A stretch of DNA of 44,561 nucleotides from Callorhinchus milii (GCF_018977255.1 NW_024705439.1:1-44561); one strand, 5' to 3'. Positions 1 to 14,012 are shown, counted from the first letter of the stretch. Notes: generated from the sequence alone by a model not told the origin. Numbers and translations: made by a program.

Positions 1-3000
1 TGTGTTATAGTCGCAGTGAGCAGTGTGTGTGTGTGTTACAGTCGCAGTGAGCGTGTGTGTGTGTGTTACAGTCGCAGTGAGCAGTGTGTGTGTGTGTTAC
101 AGTCGCAGTGAGCAGTGGTGTGTGTTATAGTCGCAGTGAGGCAGTGTGTGTGTGTGTGTTACAGTCGCAGTGAGCTGTGGTGTGTGTGTGTTATAGTCGC
201 AGTGAACCAGTAGTGTGTGTGGTACAGTCGCAGTGAGCTGTGTGTGTGTGTTACAGTCGCAGTGAGCAGTGTGTGGTTTTACAGTCGCAGTGAGCAGTGT
301 GTGTTACAGTCGCAGTGAGCAGTGTGTGTGTGTTATAGTCGCAGTGAGCAGTGTGTGTGTGTGTTATAGTCGCAGTGAGCAGTGTGTGTGTGTGTGTTAC
401 AGTCGCAGTGAGCAGTGTGTGTGTGTTACAGTCGCAGTGAGCAGTGTGTGTGTGTTATGCAGTCGCAGTGAGCAGTGTGTGTGTGTTATGGTCGCAGTGG
501 AGGCAGTGTGTGGTGTGTGGGTGTGTTTACAGTCGCAGTGAGCAGTGTGTGTGTTACAGTCGCAGTGAGCAGTGTGTGTGTGTTACAGTCGCAGTGAGCA
601 GTGTGTGTGTGTGTTATAGTTGCAGTGAGCAGTGTGTATGTGTTACAGTCGCAGTGAGCAGTGTGTGTGTGTTACAGTCGCAGTGAGCAGTGTGTGTGTT
701 ACATTCGCAGTGAGCAGTGTGTTAGTCGTAGTGAGCAGTGTGTGTGTGTTAGTCGCAGTGAGCAGTGTGTGTGTGTTATGGTCGCAGTGAGCAGTGTGTG
801 TGTTACAGTCGCAGTGAGCAGTGTGTGTGTGTTACAGTCGCAGTGAGCAGTGTGTGTGTGTGTTACAGTCGCAGTGAGCAGTGTGTGTGTGTTACAGTCG
901 CAGTGAGCAGTGTGTGTGTGTTACAGTCGCAGTGAGCAGTGTGTGTGTGTGTTATAGTCGCAGTGAGCAGTGTGTGTATGTGTTACAGTCGCAGTGAGCA
1001 GTGTGTGTGTGTGTTACAGTCGCAGTGAGCAGTATGTGTGTGTGTTACAGTCGCAGTGAGCAGTGTGTGTGTGTGTTATAGTCGCAGTGAGCAGTGTGTG
1101 TGTGTGTTATAGTCGCAGTGAGCAGTGTGTGTGTGTGTGTTACAGTCGCAGTGAGCAGTGTGTGTGTGTTACAGTCGCAGTGAGCAGTGTGTGTGTGTGT
1201 GTTACAGTCGCAGTGAGCAGTGTGTGTGTGTGTTACAGTCGCAGTGAGCGTGTGTGTTAGTCGCAGTGAGCAGTGTGTGTGCGTTACAGTCGCAGTGAGT
1301 GTGTGTGTTATAGTCGCAGTGAACAGTGTGTGTGTGTTATAGTCGCAGTGAGCAGTGTGTGTGTGTGTTACAGTCGCAGTGAGCAGTGTGTGTGTGTGTT
1401 ACAGTCGCAGTGAGCAGTGTGTGTGTTATAGTCGCAGTGAGCAGTGTGTGTGTGTGTGTTACAGTCGCAGTGAGCTGTGTGTGTGTGTGTTATAGTCGCA
1501 GTGAACAGTGTGTGTGGTACAGTCGCAGTGAGCTGTGTGTGTGTGTTACAGTCGCAGTGAGCAGTGTGTGTTACAGTCGCAGTGAGCAGTGTGTGTTACA
1601 GTCGCAGTGAGCAGTGTGTGTGTGTTATAGTCGCAGTGAGCAGTGTGTGTGTGTGTTATAGTCGCAGTGAGCAGTGTGTGTGTGTGTGTTACAGTCGCAG
1701 TGAGCAGTGTGTGTGTGTTACAGTCGCAGTGAGCAGTGTGTGTGTGTTATGGTCGCAGTGAGCAGTGTGTGTGTGTTATGGTCGCAGTGAGCAGTGTGTG
1801 TGTTACAGTCGCAGTGAGCAGTGTGTGTGTTACAGTCGCAGTGAGCAGTGTGTGTGTGTTACAGTCGCAGTGAGCAGTGTGTGTGTGTTACAGTCGCAGT
1901 GAGCAGTGTGTGTGTGTGTTATAGTTGCAGTGAGCAGTGTGTGTGTGTTACAGTCGCAGTGAGCAGTGTGTGTTACAGTCGCAGTGAGCAGTGTGTGTGT
2001 TACATTCGCAGTGAGCAGTGTGTTAGTCGTAGTGAGCAGTGTGTGTGTGTTAGTCGCAGTGAGCAGTGTGTGTGTGTTATGGTCGCAGTGAGCAGTGTGT
2101 GTGTTACAGTCGCAGTGAGCAGTGTGTGTGTGTTACAGTCGCAGTGAGCAGTGTGTGTGTGTGTTACAGTCGCAGTGAGCAGTGTGTGTGTTACAGTCGC
2201 AGTGAGCATTGTGTGTGTGTGTTATAGTTGCAGTGAGCAGTGTGTGTGGTACAGTCGCAGTGAGCTGTGTGTGTGTGTGTTACAGTCGCAGTGAGCAGTG
2301 TGTGTTACAGTCGCAGTGAGCAGTGTGTGTTACAGTCGCAGTGAGCAGTGTGTGTGTGTTATAGTCGCAGTGAGCAGTGTGTGTGTGTGTTATAGTCGCA
2401 GTGAGCAGTGTGTGTGTGTGTGTTACAGTCGCAGTGAGCAGTGTGTGTGTGTTACAGTCGCAGTGAGCAGTGTGTGTGTGTTATGGTCGCAGTGAGCAGT
2501 GTGTGTGTGTTATGGTCGCAGTGAGCAGTGTGTGTGTTACAGTCGCAGTGAGCAGTGTGTGTGTTACAGTCGCAGTGAGCAGTGTGTGTGTGTTACAGTC
2601 GCAGTGAGCAGTGTGTGTGTTATAGTTGCAGTGAGCAGTGTGTGTGTGTTAGTCGCAGTGAGCAGTGTGTGTGCGTTACAGTCGCAGTGAGCAGTGTGTG
2701 TGTGTGTTATAGTCGCAGTGAGCAGTGTGTGTTACAGTCGCAGTGAGCAGTGTGTGTGTGTTATAGTCGCAGTGAGCAGTGTGTGTGTGTGTTATAGTCG
2801 CAGTGAGCAGTGTGTGTGTGTGTGTTACAGTCGCAGTGAGCAGTGTGTGTGTGTTACAGTCGCAGTGAGCAGTGTGTGTGTGTTATGGTCGCAGTGAGCA
2901 GTGTGTGTGGTACAGTCGCAGTGAGCTGTGTGTGTGTGTGTTACAGTCGCAGTGAGCACTGTGTGTTACAGTCGCAGTGAGCAGTGTGTGTTACAGTCGC

Positions 3001-6000
3001 AGTGAGCAGTGTGTGTGTGTTATAGTCGCAGTGAGCAGTGTGTGTGTGTGTTACAGTCGCAGTGAGCAGTGTGTGTGTGTGTGTGTTACAGTCGCAGTGA
3101 GCAGTGTGTGTGTGTTACAGTCGCAGTGAGCAGTGTGTGTGTGTTATGGTCGCAGTGAGCAGTGTGTGTGTGTTATGGTCGCAGTGAGCAGTGTGTGTGT
3201 TACAGTCGCAGTGAGCAGTGTGTGTGTTACAGTCGCAGTGAGCAGTGTGTGTGTGTGTTATAGTTGCAGTGAGCAGTGTGTGTGTGTTACAGTCGCAGTG
3301 AGCAGTGTGTGTGTTACATTCGCAGTGAGCAGTGTGTTAGTCGTAGTGAGCAGTGTGTGTGTGTTAGTCGCAGTGAGCAGTGTGTGTGTGTTATAGTCGC
3401 AGTGAGCAGTATGTGTGTGTGTGTGTTAGTCGTAGTGAGCAGTGTGTGTGTGTGTGTGTTAGTCGTAGTGAGCAGTGTGTGTGTGTGTGTTATAGTCGCA
3501 GTGAGCAGTGTGTGTGTTACAGTCGCAGTCAGCAGTGTGTGTGTGTGTTACAGTCGCAGTGAGCAGTGTGTGTGTGTGTGTTAGTCACAGTGAGCAGTGT
3601 GTGTGTGTTACAGTCGCAGTGAGCAGTGTGTTACAGTTGCAGTGAGCAGTGTGTGTGTGTGTTCCAGTCGCAGTGAGCAGTGTGTGTATGTGTTACAGTC
3701 GCAGTGAGCAGTGTGTGTGTGTGTTACAGTCGCAGTGAGCAGTATGTGTGTGTGTTACAGTCGCAGTGAGCAGTGTGTGTGTGTGTTATAGTCGCAGTGA
3801 GCAGTGTGTGTGTGTGTTATAGTCGCAGTGAGCAGTGTGTGTGTGTGTTACAGTCGCAGTGAGCAGTGTGTGTGTGTTACAGTCGCAGTGAGCAGTGTGT
3901 GTGTGTGTGTTATAGTCGCAGTGAGCAGTGTGTGTGTGTGTTACAGTCGCAGTGAGCGTGTGTGTTAGTCGCAGTGAGCAGTGTGTGTGTGTGTTACAGT
4001 CGCAGTGAGCAGTGTGTTACAGTTGCAGTGAGCAGTGTGTGTATGTGTTACAGTCGCAGTGAGCAGTGTGTGTGTGTGTTACAGTCGCAGTGAGCAGTGT
4101 GTGTGTGTGTTATAGTCGCAGTGAGCAGTGTGTGTGTGTGTTATAGTCGCAGTGAGCAGTGTGTGTGTGTGTTACAGTCGCAGTGAGCAGTGTGTGTGTT
4201 ACAGTCGCAGTGAGCAGTGTGTGTGTGTGTGTTATAGTCGCAGTGAGCAGTGTGTGTGTGTGTTAGTCGCAGTGAGCGTGTGTGTTAGTCGCAGTGAGCA
4301 GTGTGTGTGCGTTACAGTCGCAGTGAGTGTGTGTGTTATAGTCGCAGTGAACAGTGTGTGTGTGTTATAGTCGCAGTGAGCAGTGTGTGTGTGTTACAGT
4401 CGCAGTGAGCAGTGTGTGTTACAGTCGCAGTGAGCAGTGTGTGTGTTATAGTCGCAGTGAGCAGTGTGTGTGTGTGTGTGTTACAGTCGCAGTGAGCTGT
4501 GTGTGTGTGTGTTATAGTCGCAGTGAACAGTGTGTGTGGTACAGTCGCAGTGAGCTGTGTGTGTGTGTGTTACAGTCGCAGTGAGCAGTGTGTGTTACAG
4601 TCGCAGTGAGCAGTGTGTGTTACAGTCGCAGTGAGCAGTGTGTGTGTGTTATAGTCGCAGTGAGCAGTGTGTGTGTGTGTTATAGTCGCAGTGAGCAGTG
4701 TGTGTGTGTGTGTTACAGTCGCAGTGAGCAGTGTGTGTGTGTTACAGTCGCAGTGAGCAGTGTGTGTGTGTTATGGTCGCAGTGAGCAGTGTGTGTGTTA
4801 CAGTCGCAGTGAGCAGTGTGTGTGTTACAGTCGCAGTGAGCAGTGTGTGTGTGTTACAGTCGCAGTGAGCAGTGTGTGTGTGTGTTATAGTTGCAGTGAG
4901 CAGTGTGTGTGTGTTACAGTCGCAGTGAGCAGTGTGTGTGTTACATTCGCAGTGAGCAGTGTGTTAGTCGTAGTGAGCAGTGTGTGTGTGTTAGTCGCAG
5001 TGAGCAGTGTGTGTGTGTTATAGTCGCAGTGAGCAGTATGTGTGTGTGTGTGTTAGTCGTAGTGAGCAGTGTGTGTGTGTGTGTGTTAGTCGTAGTGAGC
5101 AGTGTGTGTGTGTGTGTTATAGTCGCAGTGAGCAGTGTGTGTGTTACAGTCGCAGTCAGCAGTGTGTGTGTGTGTTACAGTCGCAGTGAGCAGTGTGTGT
5201 GTGTGTGTTAGTCGCAGTGAGCAGTGTGTGTGTGTTACAGTCGCAGTGAGCAGTGTGTTACAGTTGCAGTGAGCAGTGTGTGTATGTGTTACAGTCGCAG
5301 TGAGCAGTGTGTGTGTGTGTTACAGTCGCAGTGAGCAGTATGTGTGTGTGTTACAGTCGCAGTGAGCAGTGTGTGTGTGTGTTATAGTCGCAGTGAGCAG
5401 TGTGTGTGTGTGTTATAGTCGCAGTGAGCAGTGTGTGTGTGTGTTACAGTCGCAGTGAGCAGTGTGTGTGTGTTACAGTCGCAGTGAGCAGTGTGTGTGT
5501 GTGTGTTATAGTCGCAGTGAGCAGTGTGTGTGTGTGTTACAGTCGCAGTGAGCGTGTGTGTTAGTCGCAGTGAGCAGTGTGTGTGTGTGTTACAGTCGCA
5601 GTGAGCAGTGTGTTACAGTTGCAGTGAGCAGTGTGTGTATGTGTTACAGTCGCAGTGAGCAGTGTGTGTGTGTGTTACAGTCGCAGTGAGCAGTGTGTGT
5701 GTGTGTTATAGTCGCAGTGAGCAGTGTGTGTGTGTGTTATAGTCGCAGTGAGCAGTGTGTGTGTGTGTTACAGTCGCAGTGAGCAGTGTGTGTGTTACAG
5801 TCGCAGTGAGCAGTGGTGTGTGTGTGTTATAGTCGCAGTGAGCAGTGTGTGTGTGTGTTAGTCGCAGTGAGCGTGTGTGTTAGTCGCAGTGAGCAGTGTG
5901 TGTGCGTTACAGTCGCAGTGAGTGTGTGTGTTATAGTCGCAGTGAACAGTGTGTGTGTGTTATAGTCGCAGTGAGCAGTGTGTGTGTGTTACAGTCGCAG

Positions 6001-6987
6001 TGAGCAGTGTGTGTTACAGTCGCAGTGAGCAGTGTGTGTGTTATAGTCGCAGTGAGCAGTGTGTGTGTGTGTGTGTTACAGTCGCAGTGAGCTGTGTGTG
6101 TGTGTGTTATAGTCGCAGTGAACAGTGTGTGTGGTACAGTCGCAGTGAGCTGTGTGTGTGTGTTACAGTCGCAGTGAGCAGTGTGTGTTACAGTCGCAGT
6201 GAGCAGTGTGTGTTACAGTCGCAGTGAGCAGTGTGTGTGTGTTATAGTCGCAGTGAGCAGTGTGTGTGTGTGTTATAGTCGCAGTGAGCAGTGTGTGTGT
6301 GTGTGTTACAGTCGCAGTGAGCAGTGTGTGTGTGTTACAGTCGCAGTGAGCAGTGTGTGTGTGTTATGGTCGCAGTGAGCAGTGCGTGTGTGTTATGGTC
6401 GCAGTGAGCAGTGTGTGTGTTACAGTCGCAGTGAGCAGTGTGTGTGTGTTACAGTCGCAGTGAGCAGTGTGTGTGTGTTACAGTCGCAGTGAGCAGTGTG
6501 TGTGTGTGTTATAGTTGCAGTGAGCAGTGTGTGTGTGTTACAGTCGCAGTGAGCAGTGTGTGTGTGTGTTACAGTCGCAGTGAGCAGTGTGTGTGTTACA
6601 TTCGCAGTGAGCAGTGTGTTAGTCGTAGTGAGCAGTGTGTGTGTGTTAGTCGCAGTGAGCAGTGTGTGTGTGTGTTACAGTCGCAGTGAGCAGTGTGTGT
6701 GTGTTAGTCGCAGTGAGCAGTGTGTGTGTGTTATAGTCGCAGTGAGCAGTATGTGTGTGTGTGTGTTAGTCGTAGTGAGCAGTGTGTGTGTGTGTGTTAG
6801 TCGTAGTGAGCAGTGTGTGTGTGTGTGTTATAGTCGCAGTGAGCAGGTGTGTGTTATAGTCGCAGTGAGCAGTGTGTGTGTTACAGTCGCAGTCAGCAGT
6901 GTGTGTGTGTGTGTTACAGTCGCAGTGAGCAGTGTGTGTGTTACAGTCGCAGTGAGCAGTGTGTGTGTGTGTGTGTGTGTTACAGTC
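1..6987 (+). repeat. Compound minisatellite TTA(C/T)AGTCGCAGTGAGCAG plus variable (TG)n, at least 7 kb
   Basis: More than 200 units of a roughly 19-bp core separated by variable TG runs; extends beyond the window start. Confidence 0.98.
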
Positions 6988-7291
6988 TGGCTCCCTCCAC
7001 TTGGCAAGCCCTAGCCTCTGGGACCCTACTCCGTGTGAAGGGTGCTACATAAATGCCTATCAGCCCCCACTCTTTGGAAGTCCATCTCGGAGCCTGTCGC
7101 CACACCACCTCCCTCACCTCTTTTTAAGGTCGTCTGAAGCCTTCCTCTTTGACTGCACCCTCAGTCCTCCTCCCCCATCCTAATTGAATCCCAGCTTGAG
7201 TGCAAACCCTCAACCACCCAGCACCTTGGGATGACCCCTGACGTGATATATAAATACATGTTGTTGTTATACCCCACACAAGCCTCAGTCA

Positions 7292-7450
<159 letters not shown>

Positions 7451-7589
7451 CTACAAGCAATTAACAAGGAGTATCCATCAGTGAGGAGGCTAGCCTAGTG
7501 GGGCTCAGTCAGAATAGGAATAGTCAAGTTCCCCTCTACATCTTACTGATTGGGAGCAAATAGGCAGTTAATACAATACAACTGACAAT

Positions 7590-8729
7590 CAACAACAAAT
7601 TATATTTGTATCGCATCTTTCACGTCAGGAGGACATCCCTAGGTACTGGACAGTCAGGCACCCGAGCTGGTGTTGGGATCAGGAGGGGTGGAGGGCAGGT
7701 AGTGGAAGGAGGGTGACCAAAGAACGGGCAAAGAGGAGGATCTTGAAACAGGTCTTGAAGGAGGCAAGGCAGAGGGACTTGGAATGGCGTCCCAGAGGAT
7801 GGGGGCCGAGTGGCTGAAGGTCCGCCTGCTAATGTGACATGTCCAGGGGACATGAAGGTGGCCAGAGCCCGGTGGGTGGACAGCTTGGTAGTGGGTTAGG
7901 AAGTCACAGAGGTAGGGAGGAGCAAGGCTGTGGAAGGCTTTGAAGGTGAGTACGAGGATCTTGAACTGTATGCTCTGTGTGATGGGAAGCCAGTGGATTC
8001 GGGCGAGGACTGGGGTGATGGGGTCATGGAGCTTGGTCCGGGAGAGGACTCGGACTGCAGAGTTTTGATGATCTGTAGCCTATGGAGAGAGGAGTTGGAG
8101 AAGTCGATAAGGAGGGCGTTTTCTTAGTCGAGTCTGTATGTGATGAATGCGTGGAAGGGTGAAGCTGTCAGCACCCGAGGTACGGAGTCGCTGACGGAAG
8201 CCAAAGCAGGGGGACCTCGGTCTTATTGACATTCAACTGGAGGAAGTTTGCTCCCATCCAGGACTTGATGTCTGACAGGCGGTCTGTGTGGACAGCAATG
8301 GTCCTCCAGTCGAGGGTGAAGGTGGAGAGATAGAGCTGGGTGTCATCCGCATACATGTGGAAGTTGACTCCATGATGCCACCAAGAGGGAGCACGTTAAT
8401 GTTGAAGAGGAGGGGACCAAGGACAGAGCCCTGAAGGACACTACACATGATGGTGCAAGGGTTGGATGAGAAGCCATTAGTGGAGACAAAGTGGAGATGG
8501 TGGTAGAAGCAGGATCTGAATCAGACAAGGACAGGTTTGTGAAGGTTGAGCTGAGAGGAGAGGTGGTGGAGGAGGATAGAATGGTCAACAGTGTCGAAGG
8601 CAGCAGAGAGTTTGAGGAAGATAAGGAGGCAGAGAGCCCTGGTCACAGATAGACAGAATGTCACAAGTGATTTTGACCGGGGATGTTTTGGTGCTGTGGG
8701 CAGCAGGGAAACCCGACTGGAGGGGTTCA
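7590..8729 (-). mobile_element. L2 RT/3' fragment, mirror copy
   Basis: ORFs 8168..8356 and 8521..8730 match those at 33921 and 33547. Confidence 0.88.
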
Positions 8730-9099
8730 TATATCAGAAATATAAAGCACAGAAGGTTGCTATTGGGCCCATCGAGTCTGCACCGGCTCTCAGGGAGTGG
8801 GGAGCGGAAAGATGATCAAAAACATGGTTAAAAGACGGTTGAGGTGGGCTTTGAATGTGGCGATGTGGGGAATCGGATGGACACCAGGAAGGAGTTCCAG
8901 AGAGCGAGGGCAAAATGGCCGAAAGCTCACTCGGTCACCAATGATGGGGCAAACAGTGTGGGATACACGACCAGGCAGTGTTTGCTGAGTGAAACGAGTG
9001 ACTGTGTCGGTAGGGTCACAGGAAGTCACAGAAGTATGTTCTTGAATTCGATCTGGGGATAAGGAACCAATGGAGCCAAGTGAGGATGAGAGTTATAGT

Positions 9100-9470
9100 G
9101 GAGTCCTGTAACACAGTGGTTAGAGCACTCGCCTCGCAAGTGGGAGGACTTGGGTTTGATGCTGGGGCAGGTAAACCTTAGCCAAGTTTCCTTACTCCTT
9201 CTATTTACCTAGCAGTAAGCAGGAACCCGGTTGTTAGTTGATTGGCGGATCACTTTTACGGGGGTAATAATCGCTTCAAAATAAATAAAAATAATAATTC
9301 GGTCCCTCAATCCACAACTGTTTGTGGGACACTGCTGTGTACTGCCGCGTTTCGCCCACAAAATATACAGTTAATTCACTTTACAGTATATTCTGTGAAG
9401 CGCTTTGAGAACGTTTCGAAGAAGTGACAAGGCACTCTATTAAATGCAAGGATTATTAATATTATTACTA
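9100..9470 (+). mobile_element. tRNA-derived SINE, full length (mirror at about 32808-33178, minus strand)
   Basis: Head GGAGTCCTGTAACACAGTGGTTAGAGCACTCGCCTCGCAAG, family core, tail AAATGCAAGGATTATT. Confidence 0.85.
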
Positions 9471-11217
9471 TTTTAGGTTTCCAGAGCTGGGGATGATCTG
9501 CAGTTTCTGTAGGAAACAGCTGTAGAGTCTGCCTTGGTGTAGTCCAGCCTAGACGTGATCAAAGCATGAATGAGGCTGCCATTGAGGGAGCCTAGGGCAG
9601 GGACAGAGGTGGGCAATGTTACGGAATGAGATAAAGCTGAGTGAGTAAGTAAATTAATAATTATCCTTGCATTTGAAACACTGAAATGTCTCAAAATGTT
9701 TCACAGGGAACTGCTGTTGAATATGTTTGTTGAAGGCAAACACAATTTGCACATAGCAAGATACCACAGACATGAGGTGAATCAGCAAGCTATCTGGAAG
9801 ACTGTTGACCAGGACAGAGGGAAAAACAAATTATACATCTTACAGCACATAAGGAAGCCATTCAGCCCATCGTGCTCTTTGAAAGAGCTGCCAAGCTACC
9901 AATTAGTCCCATTCCCCCGCTCTTACCCCATAGCCCTGCACATTTTTTGTTTTTACCTATCAATTCCCTTTTGAAAGCTATTATCGAATCTGTTTCCACC
10001 ATCCTTTCAGACTGTGCATTCCAGATCATAACAACTCTCTGGGTAAAAATATGTCCCCTCAGCTCTTTTGCCAATTATCTTAAATCTGTGTCCTCTTGAA
10101 TTATACAATCTTATGGCACAGAAGTAGGCACACAGCAAGATTCAGCCTATTGTGACCGACCCATCCGCCACAGGAAACAGTTTCTCCCTATCTACTCTCG
10201 GACTCCAGATAATACCTTCCAGCAGCTGACCCAACAAGCCTCAGAGTTTCCTCATCAGCTATCTGACGGGCATCAGCGTGGGGGAGAACATTTACAGGAC
10301 ATGTTGTGACTTTTTCTGTTGAAAAGGTTGAGGGGTGGACTAATAAAAGTCTTTAAAATGTTGATCAGTTTTACAATACAAAAATACAATATAAAATTAT
10401 ATTTACACAGCGCTTTTCATGTCGGGAGGACGTCCCAAGGTACTGGACAGTTGGGGATATGGACATGAGCTGGGGGTTGGGATCAAAAGGTGTGGAGGGC
10501 AGGAAGGGTGGGGGTAGGAGGATGGCCAAAGGTGAGTACGAAGAGGAGGGTCTTGAGATGTGACTTAAAGGAGGCACGGGAGGGAACAAGACAAAGGGAC
10601 TGTGGCATAGACTTCCAAAGGGTGCGGGATGAGAGGCTGAAGGCCTGACAGCCGATGGTGGGACAGGCAGGGTGGGGGCTGTGAAGCAGGCTGCTGAGCG
10701 GAAGGCTTGATATGGGGTCAGCAGAGGTAGGAAAGGGCAAGGCTTTGGAAGGTTTTGAAGGTGAGGACGAGAATTTTGAACTCTATTCTCTGGGGGATGG
10801 GGAACCAAACTTTGATAGTCAATAAGGACAATCATGTCCACTGGTCAGTAACTGGAGTGCATCAATGTAAGATGGTTAGTAAATGAGCAAATGGGGAAGT
10901 CACAAAACATTTTGACACAGAGTTAGGATATGGGATGCGCGGCTGGGAGCAGTGACTGAGGCAGAATCCACATTAGCTTTCAAAAGCGAACTAGATAATA
11001 TCTAAATAGAATTAGCAACATGGGGAAAGGGCAGGAAAGTGGGACTAAAAGGATGGTTTTTAAAGCAGGTACAGACATGATGGTCTGAATGGCTATAAAT
11101 TTTAGTGGATATTTCTATGCTATAAATTTCTATGGTTCTTTTGCTTTAAATCTCACATCCTGAAGGGCCAAATTCAGCTCAGCTCTGATCTCCTTGTATT
11201 TGGAAAGTCTTAAACTA

Positions 11218-11514
<297 letters not shown>

Positions 11515-12224
11515 TTACTTCACAAGCCTCTGTTTACCTAGCAGTAAGTAGGAACCCAGTTGTCATCAAATGCAAGGATTATTATAAACAGAAGCCACAA
11601 TCCTGTCAGAGAGGCCAGAAACAGATACACCAAGTTTTTCCCCCTCTATGCCATCCAACATGTCGTTGATGAACAGGGTGGGTGACAAAAATGAAAGGAT
11701 TTTATTTTATTTATATATAAAATGATATTTTATTACTTTTCTTTATTGCTATAATACTTTTTTATTGCTGAAAAAATCCACGACTGTTTGTGGGACACTG
11801 CTGTGCGCAACTGGCTGACGCGTTTCGCCCACAAAACTGCACTTTACAGTATATTCTGTGAAGCGCTTTGAGTCATCTCACCGACGTAATAAGGCGTTAT
11901 ATCAAATGCAAGGATTATTATTATTTTAAACTATAGGAACTGCACAGTGTGACTGTCAGTGGGACATTGCCAGAGCCTCGTATTTTTCAAAAAATAATCT
12001 ACCAGGAACCCGCTAGCCCGGAAATGGGTGTAAGGAAACTTTTTGTCCTGATCTGCCCGGGAATCAAACGCGGGTCCTCTCGCTAGCGAGGTAAGTGCTC
12101 TAACCACTGAGCTACAGGACTCCGTAGCATAACAAATGAGTTGCTGCAGCTTCCTGCAAACTTTAAATTATGCAATTGTTTGTTCCGGTTCCCACACCAT
12201 CTATATAGTAGTACAGAAAGATAT

Positions 12225-12827
12225 CTGCTTCTTTGTCAATCACCCCCAACGTCCCCTTCCAAAACACTGTTGAGGAAAATATCGACATCCTCGCCCTCAC
12301 CGAAACCTGGGTCACCCCAGGCCACACCTTCCCACTAGTCAAGACCACATCTCCAGGTTACACCTTTCACCAAACCCTACGGCCTAATCGCCGTGGCGAT
12401 GGTGTGGCTCTCATCTCACGGTCTCCCCTCGGCCTTTCCCCTTATTCCTCCGGAACCTTTCCCTCCTTTGAACACCTCACCCTCTACCACCCCTCCAGGC
12501 TTTCCTTCAAAATCCTCCTTGTTTACCGTCCCCCCAAGCCCTCCCCCACCTTCCACTCGGACATCTCCACCCTCCTATCTTCCCTCTCCCTCTGCTCTGA
12601 ACGCCTCCCAATCTTAGGCGGCTTCAACCTCCACTTCATCCCTTTCTGCTCTACCTCTGCCGACTTCTCCTCCCTCCTCTCTTCCCTTAACCTCTCCCTC
12701 CTCATCCACTCCCCCTTGACCTGGTGATCACCGTGGCCACCCCCTTGACCTGGTGATCACCAGGGCCTTACGGTCTTGGACATCACCATCATTAATAAAA
12801 TCATCTTGGACTACCACTTCATCTCCC
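12225..12827 (+). mobile_element. Mirror copy of the L2 endonuclease region, cut by the N gap
   Basis: ORF 12233..12727 matches ORF 29561..30043. Confidence 0.9.
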
Positions 12828-12852
12828 NNNNNNNNNNNNNNNNNNNNNNNNN
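12828..12852. other. Assembly gap (25 N)
   Basis: Run of 25 N between a truncated L2 and a 30-bp minisatellite. Confidence 0.99.
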
Positions 12853-13371
12853 GCTGGGCTCACTCATTCCCACTCTCCTCAGGCTGGGCTCACTCATTCC
12901 CTCTCTCCTCAGGCTGGGCTCACTCATTCCCTCTCTCCTCAGGCTGGGCTCACTCATTCCCTCTCTCCTCAGGCTGGGCTCTCGCATTCCCTCTCTCCTC
13001 AGGCTGGGCTCTCGCATTCCCTCTCTCCTCAGGCTGGGCTCACTCATTCCCTCTCTCCTCAGGCTGGGCTCACTCATTCCCTCTCTCCTCAGGCTGGGCT
13101 CACTCATTCCCTCTCTCCTCAGGCTGGGCTCACTCATTCCCTCTCTCCTCAGGCTGGGCTCACTCATTCCCTCTCTCCTCAGGCTGGGCTCACTCATTCC
13201 CTCTCTCCTCAGGCTGGGCTCACTCATTCCCTCTCTCCTCAGGCTGGGCTCACTCATTCCCTCTCTCCTCAGGCTGGGCTCACTCATTCCCTCTCTCCTC
13301 AGGCTGGGCTCACTCATTCCCTCTCTCCTCAGGCTGGGCTCACTCATTCCCTCTCTCCTCAGGCTGGGCTC
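12853..13371 (+). repeat. 30-bp minisatellite GCTGGGCTCACTCATTCCCTCTCTCCTCAG, about 17 copies
   Basis: Exact 30-bp periodicity is visible in the line layout. Confidence 0.98.
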
Positions 13372-13708
13372 AGTCACTCAATCCATGACTGTTTGTGTGA
13401 CGCCTCTATGCACAATTGGCTGCCGATCTTTGTCCATAAAATATATAGTCAACTCACTTTACAGTGTATCCTGTGAAGCTATTTGAAATGCCTCGAAGAA
13501 GTGATAATGCACTTATATCAAATGCAAGTATTATTATTGTATCACAGGAACGGGGCTAAGTTGGTCACTCATTCCTGGTAATGGAGGCATTCTTTTTGCC
13601 AAATTCCCTGAGGATCTGGATTCATGCTGAGTGAGCATTTAACTAGAACCCATGGAATAATCTGCACAATTCACCAGGAACTTGCAGCAAGTTATTACTG
13701 CAATATGC

Positions 13709-14012
13709 AATAATAATAATAATAATGACCTGAGTTCAATTCCAGGCAGAGGGCGAAACCTTGGGCAAGTTTCCTTACTCCACACAGAGCCTAATAATAA
13801 TCCCTCCAAAAAAAAAAAAACAATAATAAATTGGTCATTTTCAATCTACGACTGTTTGTGGGACATTGCTGTGCGCAATTGGCTGCCGCGTTCGCCCACA
13901 AATATACAGTCAATTCACTTTACAGTGTGTTCTGTGAAGCGCTTTGGGACGTCCTCCCGACGTGAAAAGCGCTATATCAAATGCAAGGATTATTATTATT
14001 ATTATTATTATT
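13709..14012 (+). mobile_element. 5'-truncated tRNA-derived SINE with target-site duplication
   Basis: B box GAGTTCAATTCC, core CTGTTTGTGGGACATTGCTGTGCGCAATTGGCTGCCGCG, (ATT)8 tail; flanked by TATGC. An empty site is present at 15522-15526. Confidence 0.9.

Noticed and set aside
1..6987. CRISPR-like look (constant core with variable spacers) and Cys/Val-rich ORFs
   Set aside because: The spacers are only (TG)n length variants, the context is a vertebrate intron, there are no cas genes, and the ORFs are translations of the repeat.
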